Of a DNA stretch of 64,000 bases, positions 45,236-54,489 are shown one piece after another (within the stretch, counting starts at the first letter, position 1; each line of letters starts with the position of its first letter). Source of the stretch: an uncultured bacterium (GTDB lineage Bacteria > Patescibacteriota > Minisyncoccia > UBA6257 > GWB1-50-10); contig OY970216.1 of the NCBI GenBank assembly GCA_963713955.1, positions 637,483 through 701,482 of the forward strand, in the 5' to 3' direction. A model generated the notes under the pieces. The model made no database searches. It saw nothing but the letters and a program-made list of their open reading frames with translations, and was not told where the DNA came from. The translations under genes and the position numbers were made by a program.

Positions 45236-46149
45236 GGAGGAAGAAACTCCTGGTGATCGTGGGGCCGACGGCTTCGGGCAAAAGCGCCTTGGCCATCAAA
45301 CTTGCTGAAAAGCTCAACGGCGAGATTGTATCTGCCGATTCGAGGCAAATATACAAAGGACTGGAGATAGGGTCGAATCACCCCTCAAAACGGGAATTAA
45401 AAGCCGTCCCCCATCACCTGATAGGTCTCATGGACCCGAAGAAAACTTTCACGGTTGCGGAATACCAAAAAAAAGCTCGAAAGATAATCGCCGACATCTG
45501 GAAACGCGGGAAGCTTCCGATACTTTGCGGCGGAACGGGGTTCTACATACAATCCGTTGTCAACGGGACCGTCATGCCGGAAGTGCCACCTCAAGAAACA
45601 TTGCGAAAGGAGCTCGAGAGGAAAACGACCGAGGAGCTGGCAGAAATCCTGAAAGAGAAAGATGCGACAAGATGGAAAACAATCGACCGCAAGAACAAAA
45701 GACGACTCATACGGGCGATCGAGATAGCGGCGGTACTCGGCAAAGTCCCGAAAATAAAAACGGATCCCCTGAAAGCCGAGGTGCTCGCGATCGGACTGAA
45801 TCCGGACAAAAAAATTCTCGAAGCGTCGATAAAGAAAAGATCGCGGGTGATGATGGAACGCGGTTTCATTAATGAAACCAAGACACTCCTCAAAAATGGA
45901 GTCAAAGAAGAAAAAATAGGAGAGCTTGGCTTCGAATATCAAAATGCCCTCAAATATATCCGCGGAGAAATCAAATCCAAAAGGGAGCTTGCCGACATCA
46001 TCTCGCAAGCGACCATGAAGTACGCGAAGCGGCAGATGACGTGGTTCAAAAGAGACAAGAAAATCCGCTGGTTCAAGAATGAGGAGGAAGCGGTGAAAGC
46101 GCTTCAATTGATCGAAGCGGTGAAATTCCAAGATTCAAATTCCAAATAA
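45232..46149 (+). CDS. miaA: tRNA dimethylallyltransferase
   Basis: VGPTASGKSALAI P-loop and DSRQIYKGLEIGS; overlaps the thrS stop (ATGA). Confidence 0.85.
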   Translation: MRRKKLLVIVGPTASGKSALAIKLAEKLNGEIVSADSRQIYKGLEIGSNHPSKRELKAVPHHLIGLMDPKKTFTVAEYQKKARKIIADIWKRGKLPILCGGTGFYIQSVVNGTVMPEVPPQETLRKELERKTTEELAEILKEKDATRWKTIDRKNKRRLIRAIEIAAVLGKVPKIKTDPLKAEVLAIGLNPDKKILEASIKKRSRVMMERGFINETKTLLKNGVKEEKIGELGFEYQNALKYIRGEIKSKRELADIISQATMKYAKRQMTWFKRDKKIRWFKNEEEAVKALQLIEAVKFQDSNSK

Positions 46150-46227
46150 CAAATAAATGCTCAAATTCGAAATTCGGAAATTGAATATTGTTTGAAATTT
46201 GGTGCTTGGGATTTAGTGCTTTACCTT

Positions 46228-47436
46228 CTATTTCTGCGCGTTATAGATAGCTTGAATCTCCGCTGCCGATAATGCTCGGTTATAGATGCGGACATCGTCA
46301 ATTAAACCGCTGAATTTAGAAAGAGTGCCCATATTAGGTGGACAGGGATAGTTATTTCCTCCTCCTATAATGGTACAACTGCCCCCGCCATTTACATTGA
46401 CCCCTGAAACTCCATTGCCGTTTTGAACGGCCAAACCGTCGATGTAGAGGTAGTAATTATCGCCTTGCCTAGTACCTACAATAAAGTGCCATTGGCTATC
46501 TGAAAAAACTGTTGTAGATAGTGTATGGTAAATCCCATCCGTACCACGAAGCGTATAGGCACCGTTATTCAACACAAACTCGGGTGTCCAGGAATAATTA
46601 CTCAATATTATATTCGAAGAACCAACACCAGATTTGAACCAACTGGATAGAGTTAAACTCCCCATGCCGAGGTTATCCATCCAAGTTCCGATGTTTATAT
46701 AGTCATCCGTCCCATTGAAGTTCCCAGCCTGGTTGATCTTCCCTCCTGTATAATAGGAACCATTGGTCATGGAACCATACCAGGTACCACTATTGTTGTT
46801 TCCACTCCTGTCCCCCGGGTCTCCATCGAGGGGCCACCATCCTACTAATCCCTCACTCCTTCCAATAAGGGAAAGGTCAGAACCGATCTCATACTTCCCA
46901 GGATCATAGCCTTGGTCCTGGGATGCAGTAGAACTGAGGTATTTCTGTGATTCCAAGGCACTGGATAAGGCATAGGAGCCTCCTGATACGTAGGTATAGT
47001 AGAGTCCAGTGCTTGTGGTATTCGTAGGGTCTATCGGGAGCTTGGATAAAGGGGATCCTGATGATAGGAGGGTAAGATTCACGGGAATCCAGCCTGTTCC
47101 GTCTACTCTTGTTGAGGAAGAGCTTGGAACACAGTGATAGGCCCATCCTATAGGAGGAGAAGACAGTCCCAGATTGGCACAGGTGGATGTGGTATCGGGG
47201 ACTGATACGTAGAGGGTATTCGGAGTCCCTAAGGACTGGGTATATTGATCTGCTTGGAAGAGGGATAAGGCACTATTCAGGGCTGAAAGATCAGAGAGCC
47301 TGGTTGAATCTCTTCCTTGAGCTAAGAGCTGGGCGGGATTCAAGACCAAGACGACGGCGGTTGCAAGGACGGCTAAGATCGCGATGACTACTAATAACTC
47401 AATGAGGGTGAAAGATTCTCTACCTCTGAGATTCAT
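46228..47436 (-). CDS. Prepilin::LamG paralog 4
   Basis: MNLRGRES|FTLIELLVVIAILAVLA..; C-terminal GLIDDVRIYNRALSAAEIQAIYNAQK; divergent LamG core. Confidence 0.8.
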   Translation of the reverse strand: MNLRGRESFTLIELLVVIAILAVLATAVVLVLNPAQLLAQGRDSTRLSDLSALNSALSLFQADQYTQSLGTPNTLYVSVPDTTSTCANLGLSSPPIGWAYHCVPSSSSTRVDGTGWIPVNLTLLSSGSPLSKLPIDPTNTTSTGLYYTYVSGGSYALSSALESQKYLSSTASQDQGYDPGKYEIGSDLSLIGRSEGLVGWWPLDGDPGDRSGNNNSGTWYGSMTNGSYYTGGKINQAGNFNGTDDYINIGTWMDNLGMGSLTLSSWFKSGVGSSNIILSNYSWTPEFVLNNGAYTLRGTDGIYHTLSTTVFSDSQWHFIVGTRQGDNYYLYIDGLAVQNGNGVSGVNVNGGGSCTIIGGGNNYPCPPNMGTLSKFSGLIDDVRIYNRALSAAEIQAIYNAQK

Positions 47437-47452
47437 ATGGATATATGTACAT

Positions 47453-48220
47453 CTATTTATCTCCGTCTGTATCTATTATTCTCTGTATTATCTTTTTCGT
47501 CTCTTTCGGGCCAGATACCTGGATAGCCTCCACACCCGCTTCTTTCGCTGGATAATCATTACCGCCCGGGAAGAGAGCATCGCCCACATAAAGCATTTCC
47601 GATCTCGGTATTTCCAAGTACTTCTCCATCTGCTTTATTCCGTACGCCTTGTCGATCCCCTTCCGCGTGACGTCAACCGAGGTCATACCCCCGATCTTCG
47701 CATCGAACCCGGGGATGCGCTCATTGAGGCGCTTTATGATCTCGTCGCGTTTCTTGTGATCTGGATCCCAAACGGCCTTCGCCGAGACCGGCGCCTGCTG
47801 GCCCAAAGCCGAAAAGGTTATTTGGGTATTCCTGTCCTCAATCTGCTCACCATAGAGTTTCTCCGGCTTATCGAAGCCAAGTTCGGCGACAGTCTCCTGC
47901 ATCGCCTTCGTAATTTCCTTCCTTTCCTCGATTGTGAGTTTTTCTTCATAGACATTCACCCATCCCCCTCCGCCATAGCGGTAAAACGCCGTGGCGTCGG
48001 TCGGAAAGAGATAGAGATTCCCCGCTTCCGCACCGGAAGAAAACCTGCTGACGAACTGCTCGTTGAATTTCTGCCATGAGCCGCCGCCGATGATTGCGAC
48101 CCTTTTCTTTCCCAAGAGTTCGCGGAGGAGTTCCGCCACCTCCAAATCCATCGGCTGCTTGCTCTCCGTAAGCGTCCCATCCAAATCGAAAACAATCAAT
48201 TTTTTGCTCTGGTAAGCCAT
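47453..48220 (-). CDS. HAD-IIB family hydrolase, phosphomannomutase-like
   Basis: Start at MAYQSKKLIVFDLDGTLT (HAD motif I); GGGSWQKF, ..VGDALFPGGNDY (motif IV-like). Confidence 0.6.
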   Translation of the reverse strand: MAYQSKKLIVFDLDGTLTESKQPMDLEVAELLRELLGKKRVAIIGGGSWQKFNEQFVSRFSSGAEAGNLYLFPTDATAFYRYGGGGWVNVYEEKLTIEERKEITKAMQETVAELGFDKPEKLYGEQIEDRNTQITFSALGQQAPVSAKAVWDPDHKKRDEIIKRLNERIPGFDAKIGGMTSVDVTRKGIDKAYGIKQMEKYLEIPRSEMLYVGDALFPGGNDYPAKEAGVEAIQVSGPKETKKIIQRIIDTDGDK

Positions 48221-48232
48221 TTCCCTCCGCAT

Positions 48233-49054
48233 CTACAACGCCACAGTTAAAGCGTTCACTTCGTCCATCACCGCGCGCACTTTCTTTTCTTTGAGACCCA
48301 GAGAAAAAAGCGCATCCGCGTTGACCTCTTTCGCGAGCACCAACCCCTTCTCCAAAAGGGTCCTTTTTGCCCACCCATCGAGCGTGAGGAGACTAGTCAG
48401 CGGATGAAGGTGCGACTGTTCTATCAAACGCTGCAAACTTCTCTCATGCGGATAATTCCAAGCGATGGCGGTGAGTCCGACGCAGGCGCTATATTCCCGC
48501 GCGTCGCCGGTCAACTTCGTATTCGTGACGAGCCATGCCTCGTCCCATCGGTCGACGCTCTTGATGTCCTCAAATCGCGAATGGACGTACATTGCGATTT
48601 TCACGTCGCTTTTGATACCCGGTTCGTTGTGATACTTGGCCTCGACCATAATTTGCCTCCCCTCTTTCTTCGCGACGACGTCCACTTCATGCGTGACGCA
48701 TTTGCCGCGAATCATGAGATTCGTCTCAGCCTCGTACCCCTCCGCCTTGAGAACCCACGCGACCAGCTTCTCGAACGGATGGCCAGTGGGACCGAGTTCC
48801 ATGATGGCTCGCTTCAGGCGGTATCGCGCCGCGAAGGGGCCTTCTTCTTTCCTTAAAAGTTCGAACGCTTGGTCGTGGATCTCGGAAGTTCTGGTTCTGT
48901 CCTTTACCTTTTGTTTTATTTTGCCGGCTATCCACTTGCTCAAGATGTCGCTCGCCCCCGCTCTCGCAAGAGATTGTCGCAATTTTTCTTCGGAAAAGGG
49001 CTCAATCTCGCCCGACGCCTTGAGGACGCTTATGGTTCCATTCATTTCATCCAT
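48233..49054 (-). CDS. ATP-cone domain fused to Mrr-like restriction-endonuclease-fold domain
   Basis: Start at MDEMNGTISVLKASGEIEPFSEEKLRQSL (ATP-cone). FEKLVAWVLKAEGYEAETNLMIRGKCVTHEVDVVAKKEGRQIMVEAKY matches the Mrr_cat D-(D/E)xK core. Confidence 0.55.
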   Translation of the reverse strand: MDEMNGTISVLKASGEIEPFSEEKLRQSLARAGASDILSKWIAGKIKQKVKDRTRTSEIHDQAFELLRKEEGPFAARYRLKRAIMELGPTGHPFEKLVAWVLKAEGYEAETNLMIRGKCVTHEVDVVAKKEGRQIMVEAKYHNEPGIKSDVKIAMYVHSRFEDIKSVDRWDEAWLVTNTKLTGDAREYSACVGLTAIAWNYPHERSLQRLIEQSHLHPLTSLLTLDGWAKRTLLEKGLVLAKEVNADALFSLGLKEKKVRAVMDEVNALTVAL

Positions 49055-49078
49055 TATAACAGAAAACCCCGGGTTTTC
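49052..49078 (-). terminator. Hairpin + U-run downstream of eno
   Basis: GAAAACCCGGGGUUUUC + UGUUAUAAUG on the minus strand. Confidence 0.5.
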
Positions 49079-49197
49079 ACCCGGAGTTATAAGAAAAAGA
49101 GGGGGTGTGGCCCTTTTTAGCCCTTGAGACCCGGCCACGGGGTTTCTTCTCTCAGGGGCGTTGAGGTATACGACCGACGGGGCCGTTTCGTTTCAAA

Positions 49198-50397
49198 TCA
49201 GCCGGAAATGCGGAGAAGTTCATTAAACTTGAATATTCGTTCCCGCGCCGGGGCTCCGATCTTGACGCCATAGGCGCCGGCCGCCTTCGCCAAATGAATA
49301 ATGAAAACATCGTCGGTTTCCCCCGACCGGTGGGAAACGACGGCTTTTATTCCTTCCTTATGAGCGGCACCGAGAGCCGCAGCGGTCTCGGTTACCGTTC
49401 CCGCTTGATTCGGCTTTATGATAACACCGTTTATGAGACCCTCTGAGGCGTACTTTTCAATGTAATCTTTGCTCGTGACCGTGAGATCGTCGCCCACCAC
49501 TATTTTACTTTTCAACTTCCCGGAAAGGAGTGAAAAGCCGGTTGTGTCGTTTTCCGAGAACGGATCCTCCAGCGAAAGCAGCGCCGGGATTTTTTTGAAA
49601 TAGCTCTCATATATGCCGGCGAGCTTCTCCGTAGTCACTTTTTTGCCGTCGAACGAGTATGCGCCGCGGGAGAAAAATCCGTTCGCGGCCGCGTCCATTC
49701 CTAAACGAGAACTGCCCGTGAGTCCGTTTTCCTTTATGAGATCCGAAAGGATGGCAAGCGGTTCAAGATTGTTCTTGAAGTCCAGCGAGTACCCTCCTTC
49801 GTCACCAATCGGTATGTTTGAAACGTGTTTCAGCTTGCCAAGTCTTTCGCCAAGCCCCCGGTAGAAGGAGATGAGTTTCCTCACGGCATTTTTCACGCCG
49901 CCCCTCGTTTCGACGAGGATCAGGTATTCTTGGATGTCGAGATTATTCCGGGCGTGCTCGCCTCCGTTTATGAGATTCGAGAAGATCACCGGCTCCCACA
50001 CCCGAATCGACCCCCTGAAAAACTCTTCTCGCAAAAATTCCCAGAGTTCCATCCCCCGCTCCGCCGCCAGGCCCCTAGCGAAAGACATGGAAAGGCCGAG
50101 CATGACATTCCCGCCGATTTTCCGTTTATTCGTCGTACCGTCGAGCTTGATAAGAAACTCATCGAACGACCGCTGAGTCGCAAAATCCTTGTCTTTTATG
50201 AAAGCGAGTTTTCTCATATTCTTTGCACTCGACGCTTCGGCAAAGCTCAAAACCGCGGCCTCCTTGGATCCGCGGCTTTTGCCGGCCGGGAGCGACGAGG
50301 AAAACGCGGAGCCGTTCCCGACGACGATCTTGACCTCAATCGTGGAATTTCCCCTCGAATCGAAAATCTCGTTGATCGCAAAATCCTTTATTCTCAT
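49198..50397 (-). CDS. eno: Enolase
   Basis: IKDFAINEIFDSRGNSTIEV.., SHRSGETDD. Confidence 0.9.
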   Translation of the reverse strand: MRIKDFAINEIFDSRGNSTIEVKIVVGNGSAFSSSLPAGKSRGSKEAAVLSFAEASSAKNMRKLAFIKDKDFATQRSFDEFLIKLDGTTNKRKIGGNVMLGLSMSFARGLAAERGMELWEFLREEFFRGSIRVWEPVIFSNLINGGEHARNNLDIQEYLILVETRGGVKNAVRKLISFYRGLGERLGKLKHVSNIPIGDEGGYSLDFKNNLEPLAILSDLIKENGLTGSSRLGMDAAANGFFSRGAYSFDGKKVTTEKLAGIYESYFKKIPALLSLEDPFSENDTTGFSLLSGKLKSKIVVGDDLTVTSKDYIEKYASEGLINGVIIKPNQAGTVTETAAALGAAHKEGIKAVVSHRSGETDDVFIIHLAKAAGAYGVKIGAPARERIFKFNELLRISG

Positions 50398-51401
50398 CCT
50401 TTCACCACGTTCGTCGGCGCTCCCGCGACGAACGATTTAATGTTTCCAATGGTCGTTGCCAAAATCCTTTGCAAGGCCTCCTTGGTATTGAACGCGTTGT
50501 GGGGGGTGATGAGAACGTTCGGGTGCTTCATGAGAACGTGGTTTTCGAGGACGGTTTTCAAATTAGCTTCCTTGGCCGCCGGATTGCTCAAAAACTCGAG
50601 TTCGTCTTTCGTTTCGCCTTCTTCCTCCAAGACATCCAAGCCGACCCCTGCGAAAATTCCTCCTTTCAATCCAAGGACGATCGCATCGGTGTCGACGATC
50701 CCTCCCCGGGCGGTATTCACGAGGTATACTCCCTTTTTGAAAAGAGTCACGTTTTTCTTGTTGATCAGGTGTTCCGTTTGCGGCGTCAAAGGGCAATGGA
50801 TGGTAACCGCATCGGCGCTTCTCAGGAGCTCTTCGAGCGACACGTACTTGACGCCGAACGCTTGCGCGAAATTGTAATCCGGGTACGGATCATAGGCATA
50901 GATCACCATGCCGAAACCACGGGCGATCCGGATCGCCTCCTTGCCAATCCGGCCCGTCCCCACGACGCCCATGATTTTCCCCTTGAGATCTATCCCCTCC
51001 AAACCCGCGAGCGAGAACGATTCTGTTTCTTTTATTTGGTCGATCGCGCGGTAGATTTTCCTCGTGAGGTTCAAGAGGAGGCCAAATGCGTACTCGGCGA
51101 CGGTGTTGTCGCCGTACCCCGGCACGTACGAGACCACGATGTTCTTCGATTTGCAGAACTCGAGATCGATGTGATCGAATCCCGTCGAACGCGTCGTCAG
51201 GAGCTTCAAATTCGGGAAATTTCCCAGGAGCTCACCGTCAATCTTCGAGCCAATGAACGTGGAGATAACGTCAAAATCTTTCTCCATCGGCAGATTCTCG
51301 ACGGCAAGCTTATCTTTTGACAGATACATTTCATCCCCGGGGAAAGATTGCTTTATCGTTTCGTCTTCCCATCCTTCGAGGTCAAAAAAAGCTATCCGCA
51401 T
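50394..51401 (-). CDS. D-isomer-specific 2-hydroxyacid dehydrogenase (NAD-dependent)
   Basis: GVVGTGRIGKEAIRIARGFGMVIYAYD Rossmann motif; 4-nt overlap with eno. Confidence 0.8.
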   Translation of the reverse strand: MRIAFFDLEGWEDETIKQSFPGDEMYLSKDKLAVENLPMEKDFDVISTFIGSKIDGELLGNFPNLKLLTTRSTGFDHIDLEFCKSKNIVVSYVPGYGDNTVAEYAFGLLLNLTRKIYRAIDQIKETESFSLAGLEGIDLKGKIMGVVGTGRIGKEAIRIARGFGMVIYAYDPYPDYNFAQAFGVKYVSLEELLRSADAVTIHCPLTPQTEHLINKKNVTLFKKGVYLVNTARGGIVDTDAIVLGLKGGIFAGVGLDVLEEEGETKDELEFLSNPAAKEANLKTVLENHVLMKHPNVLITPHNAFNTKEALQRILATTIGNIKSFVAGAPTNVVKG

Positions 51402-51458
51402 ATAGTCTCATTATAGCATACGTTGAAACAATCTCGCGCCAGACTATAATGAAAGAGA

Positions 51459-52184
51459 ATGATGAATTCCTATAGATCAAAACTCATCAAGAAGGAAGAG
51501 ATTGCGAAGGGTACCATGGCTTTCCACTTCGAAAAGCCGGACGGCTTCTCTTTCGTGCCCGGCCAGTACGCGGATCTTACCATGGTGAATCCGAAGGAAA
51601 CGGATGAGGAGGGCAACATCAGAACCTTCACGATCGCGAGCGCCCCCCTCGAAAAAGATCTCATCTTCGCGACCCGGATGCGCGACACGGCCTTCAAGCG
51701 CGAGCTTGGCAAAATGCCGGAAGGAGCGGAAATCGAGATTGATGGGCCATTCGGCTCCTTTACGCTCCATACCAAAAGAGAGAAACCCGCCGCCTTCATC
51801 GCCGGCGGCATCGGCATCACACCGTTCTTGAGCATTCTGAAAACCGCGGCCGAAGAAAAACCCGACCGGAAATTCTATTTGTTTTATTCCAACCGGACCG
51901 AGGATGATGCTCCATTCCTCCGCGACCTTTCCAGCCTGACAAAAGGAACTCCCGGTTTCACGTTCGTGCCAACGATGTCCAACCTCCCGCCGGGAGAAAA
52001 CGGGTGGAAGGGGGAAACCGGTTACATCAACGGCGACATGATAAAGAAACATCTTCCCACGATCGACGGCCCGATATACTACCTCGCAGGGCCTCCGCAA
52101 ATGGTCGCTGCCATGAGGAAAATGCTTTCCGAGATGGGAGTATCCGAGGATGACATTCGCTTCGAGGAATTTTCAGGCTACTAG
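51459..52184 (+). CDS. Stand-alone ferredoxin-NADP reductase-like FAD/NAD(P)-binding oxidoreductase
   Basis: RTFTIASAP (RxY[ST]-type) and FIAGGIGITPF; paralogous to the C-terminal domain of 955..2475. Confidence 0.75.
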   Translation: MMNSYRSKLIKKEEIAKGTMAFHFEKPDGFSFVPGQYADLTMVNPKETDEEGNIRTFTIASAPLEKDLIFATRMRDTAFKRELGKMPEGAEIEIDGPFGSFTLHTKREKPAAFIAGGIGITPFLSILKTAAEEKPDRKFYLFYSNRTEDDAPFLRDLSSLTKGTPGFTFVPTMSNLPPGENGWKGETGYINGDMIKKHLPTIDGPIYYLAGPPQMVAAMRKMLSEMGVSEDDIRFEEFSGY

Positions 52185-52202
52185 CCCCATATCCTTACCG
52201 CA

Positions 52203-52868
52203 ATGACTACCGAGCAATTAAAAACAAGAAAGGCTAGAGCCAAGAAAATCGTCGCTGCTCTCAACAAGCTTTTTCCGAAAGCCGGCATCGCCCTCAAATA
52301 CAGAAACAACTGGGAGCTTCTGGTCGCCGTCGTCCTTTCAGCCCAATGCACGGACAAGAAAGTCAATGAAGTGACGGAAGAACTCTTTAAAAAGTATAAG
52401 AAATTGGACGATTATGTGAACGCGAAGCAGGCCGAATTTGAAAAAGACATCCGCCCAACCGGTTTCTACCGGAATAAAGCGAAGAACATCCTCGCGGCGG
52501 CGAAGATGGTGAAGGAAAAATTCCACGGTAAAATTCCCCGCACGATGGAAGAGATATTGACAATCCCCGGCGTCGCGCGGAAAACCGCGAATGTCGTCCT
52601 CGGGAACGCATACGGCATTGTGGAAGGCATTGCTGTCGACACGCACGTCAGGCGTCTCGCGATGAAACTCGGACTCACGAATCACGACAATCCGGTGAAA
52701 ATCGAGCGTGACCTCATGGAAATATTTCCGAAGAAAGACTGGTTCACGGTGACTTACAAACTCATCGAATACGGCAGGCACGTCTGCTCCGCTCGGCCGC
52801 ACGACTGCGCGAATCATCCGCTCACGAAAATCTACCCTCCGGCTGCGAACATTTGGCCAAAACACTAG
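52203..52868 (+). CDS. nth: Endonuclease III-like DNA glycosylase (HhH-GPD); FeS-cluster cysteines not conserved
   Basis: LLVAVVLSAQCTD, HhH PGVARKTANVVL, catalytic D (AVDTHV). C-terminus CSARPHDCANHPL has 2 Cys instead of Cx6Cx2Cx5C. Confidence 0.75.
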   Translation: MTTEQLKTRKARAKKIVAALNKLFPKAGIALKYRNNWELLVAVVLSAQCTDKKVNEVTEELFKKYKKLDDYVNAKQAEFEKDIRPTGFYRNKAKNILAAAKMVKEKFHGKIPRTMEEILTIPGVARKTANVVLGNAYGIVEGIAVDTHVRRLAMKLGLTNHDNPVKIERDLMEIFPKKDWFTVTYKLIEYGRHVCSARPHDCANHPLTKIYPPAANIWPKH

Positions 52869-52870
52869 GG

Positions 52871-52957
52871 CTTGCCATCCACCCCTCGCTCAGGCTGTCT
52901 CCGGGGCGACGCCCAAGTCTTAGCCTTCGCAAGGGATGGATGGCTCGCTTTTTTCGG
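52871..52957. repeat. Nested-palindrome repeat family B copy 1, acting as a terminator between convergent nth and pilin-like gene 5
   Basis: gccatccacccctcgc..cctcgctcaggctgtctccggggcgacgcccaagtcttagccttcgc..gcaagggatggatggc + ttttttcgg; the core recurs inverted at 55848-55894. Confidence 0.6.
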
Positions 52958-52961
52958 AAGG

Positions 52962-54149
52962 TTACTTTTCTGCGTTGTACATCGCTTGAATCTCGGCTGC
53001 GGAAAGTGGACGGTTGTAGATACGAACATCATCGATCAAGCCGTTGAAATAACCGTTACCGGCACCAATGACTGGATTTCCAGAAATCGAGGTTATGCTC
53101 CCGGGAACGTATGTCTTGGAACTCACCATAACGCCGTTTATGTAAAGCTTTGTCACTCCCGAGATGGCATCGCCGGTACCCGCCGCATAATACCATGTAC
53201 CATAAGAGGGAATTACATAACGCGGAGTTGCATCCTCTCTAGTACTATTCACGTTAATCTCTCCGACTATTTGTCCGTTGCCATCTATCCAGACACCATT
53301 CATGTATCCCCAACCTACAACTTGCGTACTTATCTGGCTGTTTGGCCTAACCCATGCCGAAAAAGAAACTTGGTTCGAGGTGGTGATGAGCGAATTCAGG
53401 GCAGCACTCAAATTCACGGAAGCGTTGCTACTCGTCCCGTTGAAACTTAAGCACCCTCCAACCTTACAGCCTGAAGTCCACATGGGGCTGTTCACTAATG
53501 TCCCATTATTCCCATTCCCACTCATATCACTCGCATTCCCATCCAGCGGCCAGTACCCCACGAGCCCACTTGCATTGAATAAGGGAGAAAGATTGAGGTT
53601 GGAACCATAGGCAATGACTCCAGGAATCATCTGGATCATAGGATTTGTCTCAATCTGGGCTTTGTACTTCTGTGACTCAGGGATAGCGGTAAGCTCAAAG
53701 GAGCCTCCTGGCGTATAGGTATAGTAGAGTCCTGAGGACGTAGTATTCACGGGATCAATCGGGAGCTTGGATAATGGGGATCCTGATGAAATGAGGGTGA
53801 GATTGACGGGAATCCAGCCAGAACCATCTGTTCTTGTGGAAGAAGCAGCTGGAACACAGGCATAGGAGTAACCTCCTGGAAGGGCAGGGAGCCCCAGGTT
53901 GCCACAGGTACTTGAGGAGTCAGGGATAGAGACATAGGTAGTGGAGGCATTTCCTAAGGGTTGGTTCCATTGATCGGTCTGGAAGAGGGATAAGGCACTA
54001 TTCAGAGCTGAGAGATCAGAGAGTCTCGTGGAATCCCTTCCTTGAGCGAGAAGCTGGGAAGGGTTCAAGACCAAGACGACGGCGGTTGCGAGGACCGCAA
54101 GGATCGCAATCACGACCAGGAGCTCGATCAGGGTGAAGGATTCCCTCAT
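52962..54149 (-). CDS. Prepilin::LamG paralog 5
   Basis: MRES|FTLIELLVVIAILAVLA..; C-terminal GLIDDVRIYNRPLSAAEIQAMYNAEK. Confidence 0.8.
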   Translation of the reverse strand: MRESFTLIELLVVIAILAVLATAVVLVLNPSQLLAQGRDSTRLSDLSALNSALSLFQTDQWNQPLGNASTTYVSIPDSSSTCGNLGLPALPGGYSYACVPAASSTRTDGSGWIPVNLTLISSGSPLSKLPIDPVNTTSSGLYYTYTPGGSFELTAIPESQKYKAQIETNPMIQMIPGVIAYGSNLNLSPLFNASGLVGYWPLDGNASDMSGNGNNGTLVNSPMWTSGCKVGGCLSFNGTSSNASVNLSAALNSLITTSNQVSFSAWVRPNSQISTQVVGWGYMNGVWIDGNGQIVGEINVNSTREDATPRYVIPSYGTWYYAAGTGDAISGVTKLYINGVMVSSKTYVPGSITSISGNPVIGAGNGYFNGLIDDVRIYNRPLSAAEIQAMYNAEK

Positions 54150-54267
54150 ATTGCTTTCATTGTAACATAGTTTTCCTTCTTGATTACTTGTTACTCGTTA
54201 CTGATTATCTTTTTAATTTGACTTCCTTCGGAAATAACATATAATAATGAGGCTAAATTGAACTACT

Positions 54268-54462
54268 ATGGGTGGAGTACCTACCAAACATCATTCAAAA
54301 TCGAAAGTCGGCAGACGTCGTTCCCAGCTGGCTCTCAAAAAAGTTAACGTGATCCCCTGCCCCCAGTGTGGAGGTCCGGCGCTTCCCCACCGAATTTGTC
54401 CTCAGTGCGGAACCTACGTCAAGCAGAATTCCAAGCACCAAGCATCAAATCACAAACAATAA
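54268..54462 (+). CDS. rpmF: 50S ribosomal protein L32 (zinc-ribbon type)
   Basis: HHSKSKVGRRRS..CPQCGGPALPHRICPQCGTY. Confidence 0.85.
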   Translation: MGGVPTKHHSKSKVGRRRSQLALKKVNVIPCPQCGGPALPHRICPQCGTYVKQNSKHQASNHKQ

Positions 54463-54489
54463 CAAAATATCAATGACCGAAACAAGCAC

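Noticed and set aside
46150-46227. Short tandem aaattcg heptamer-like repeats after miaA
   Set aside because: Only three imperfect units in an AT-rich convergent spacer. This is most simply low-complexity terminator sequence.
22979-54149. Diversity-generating retroelement or CRISPR explanation for the variable regions and repeats
   Set aside because: No reverse transcriptase or cas genes in the window. The repeats are irregularly spaced palindromic elements, not a spacer array. The variable LamG cores differ globally, not by adenine-specific substitutions.
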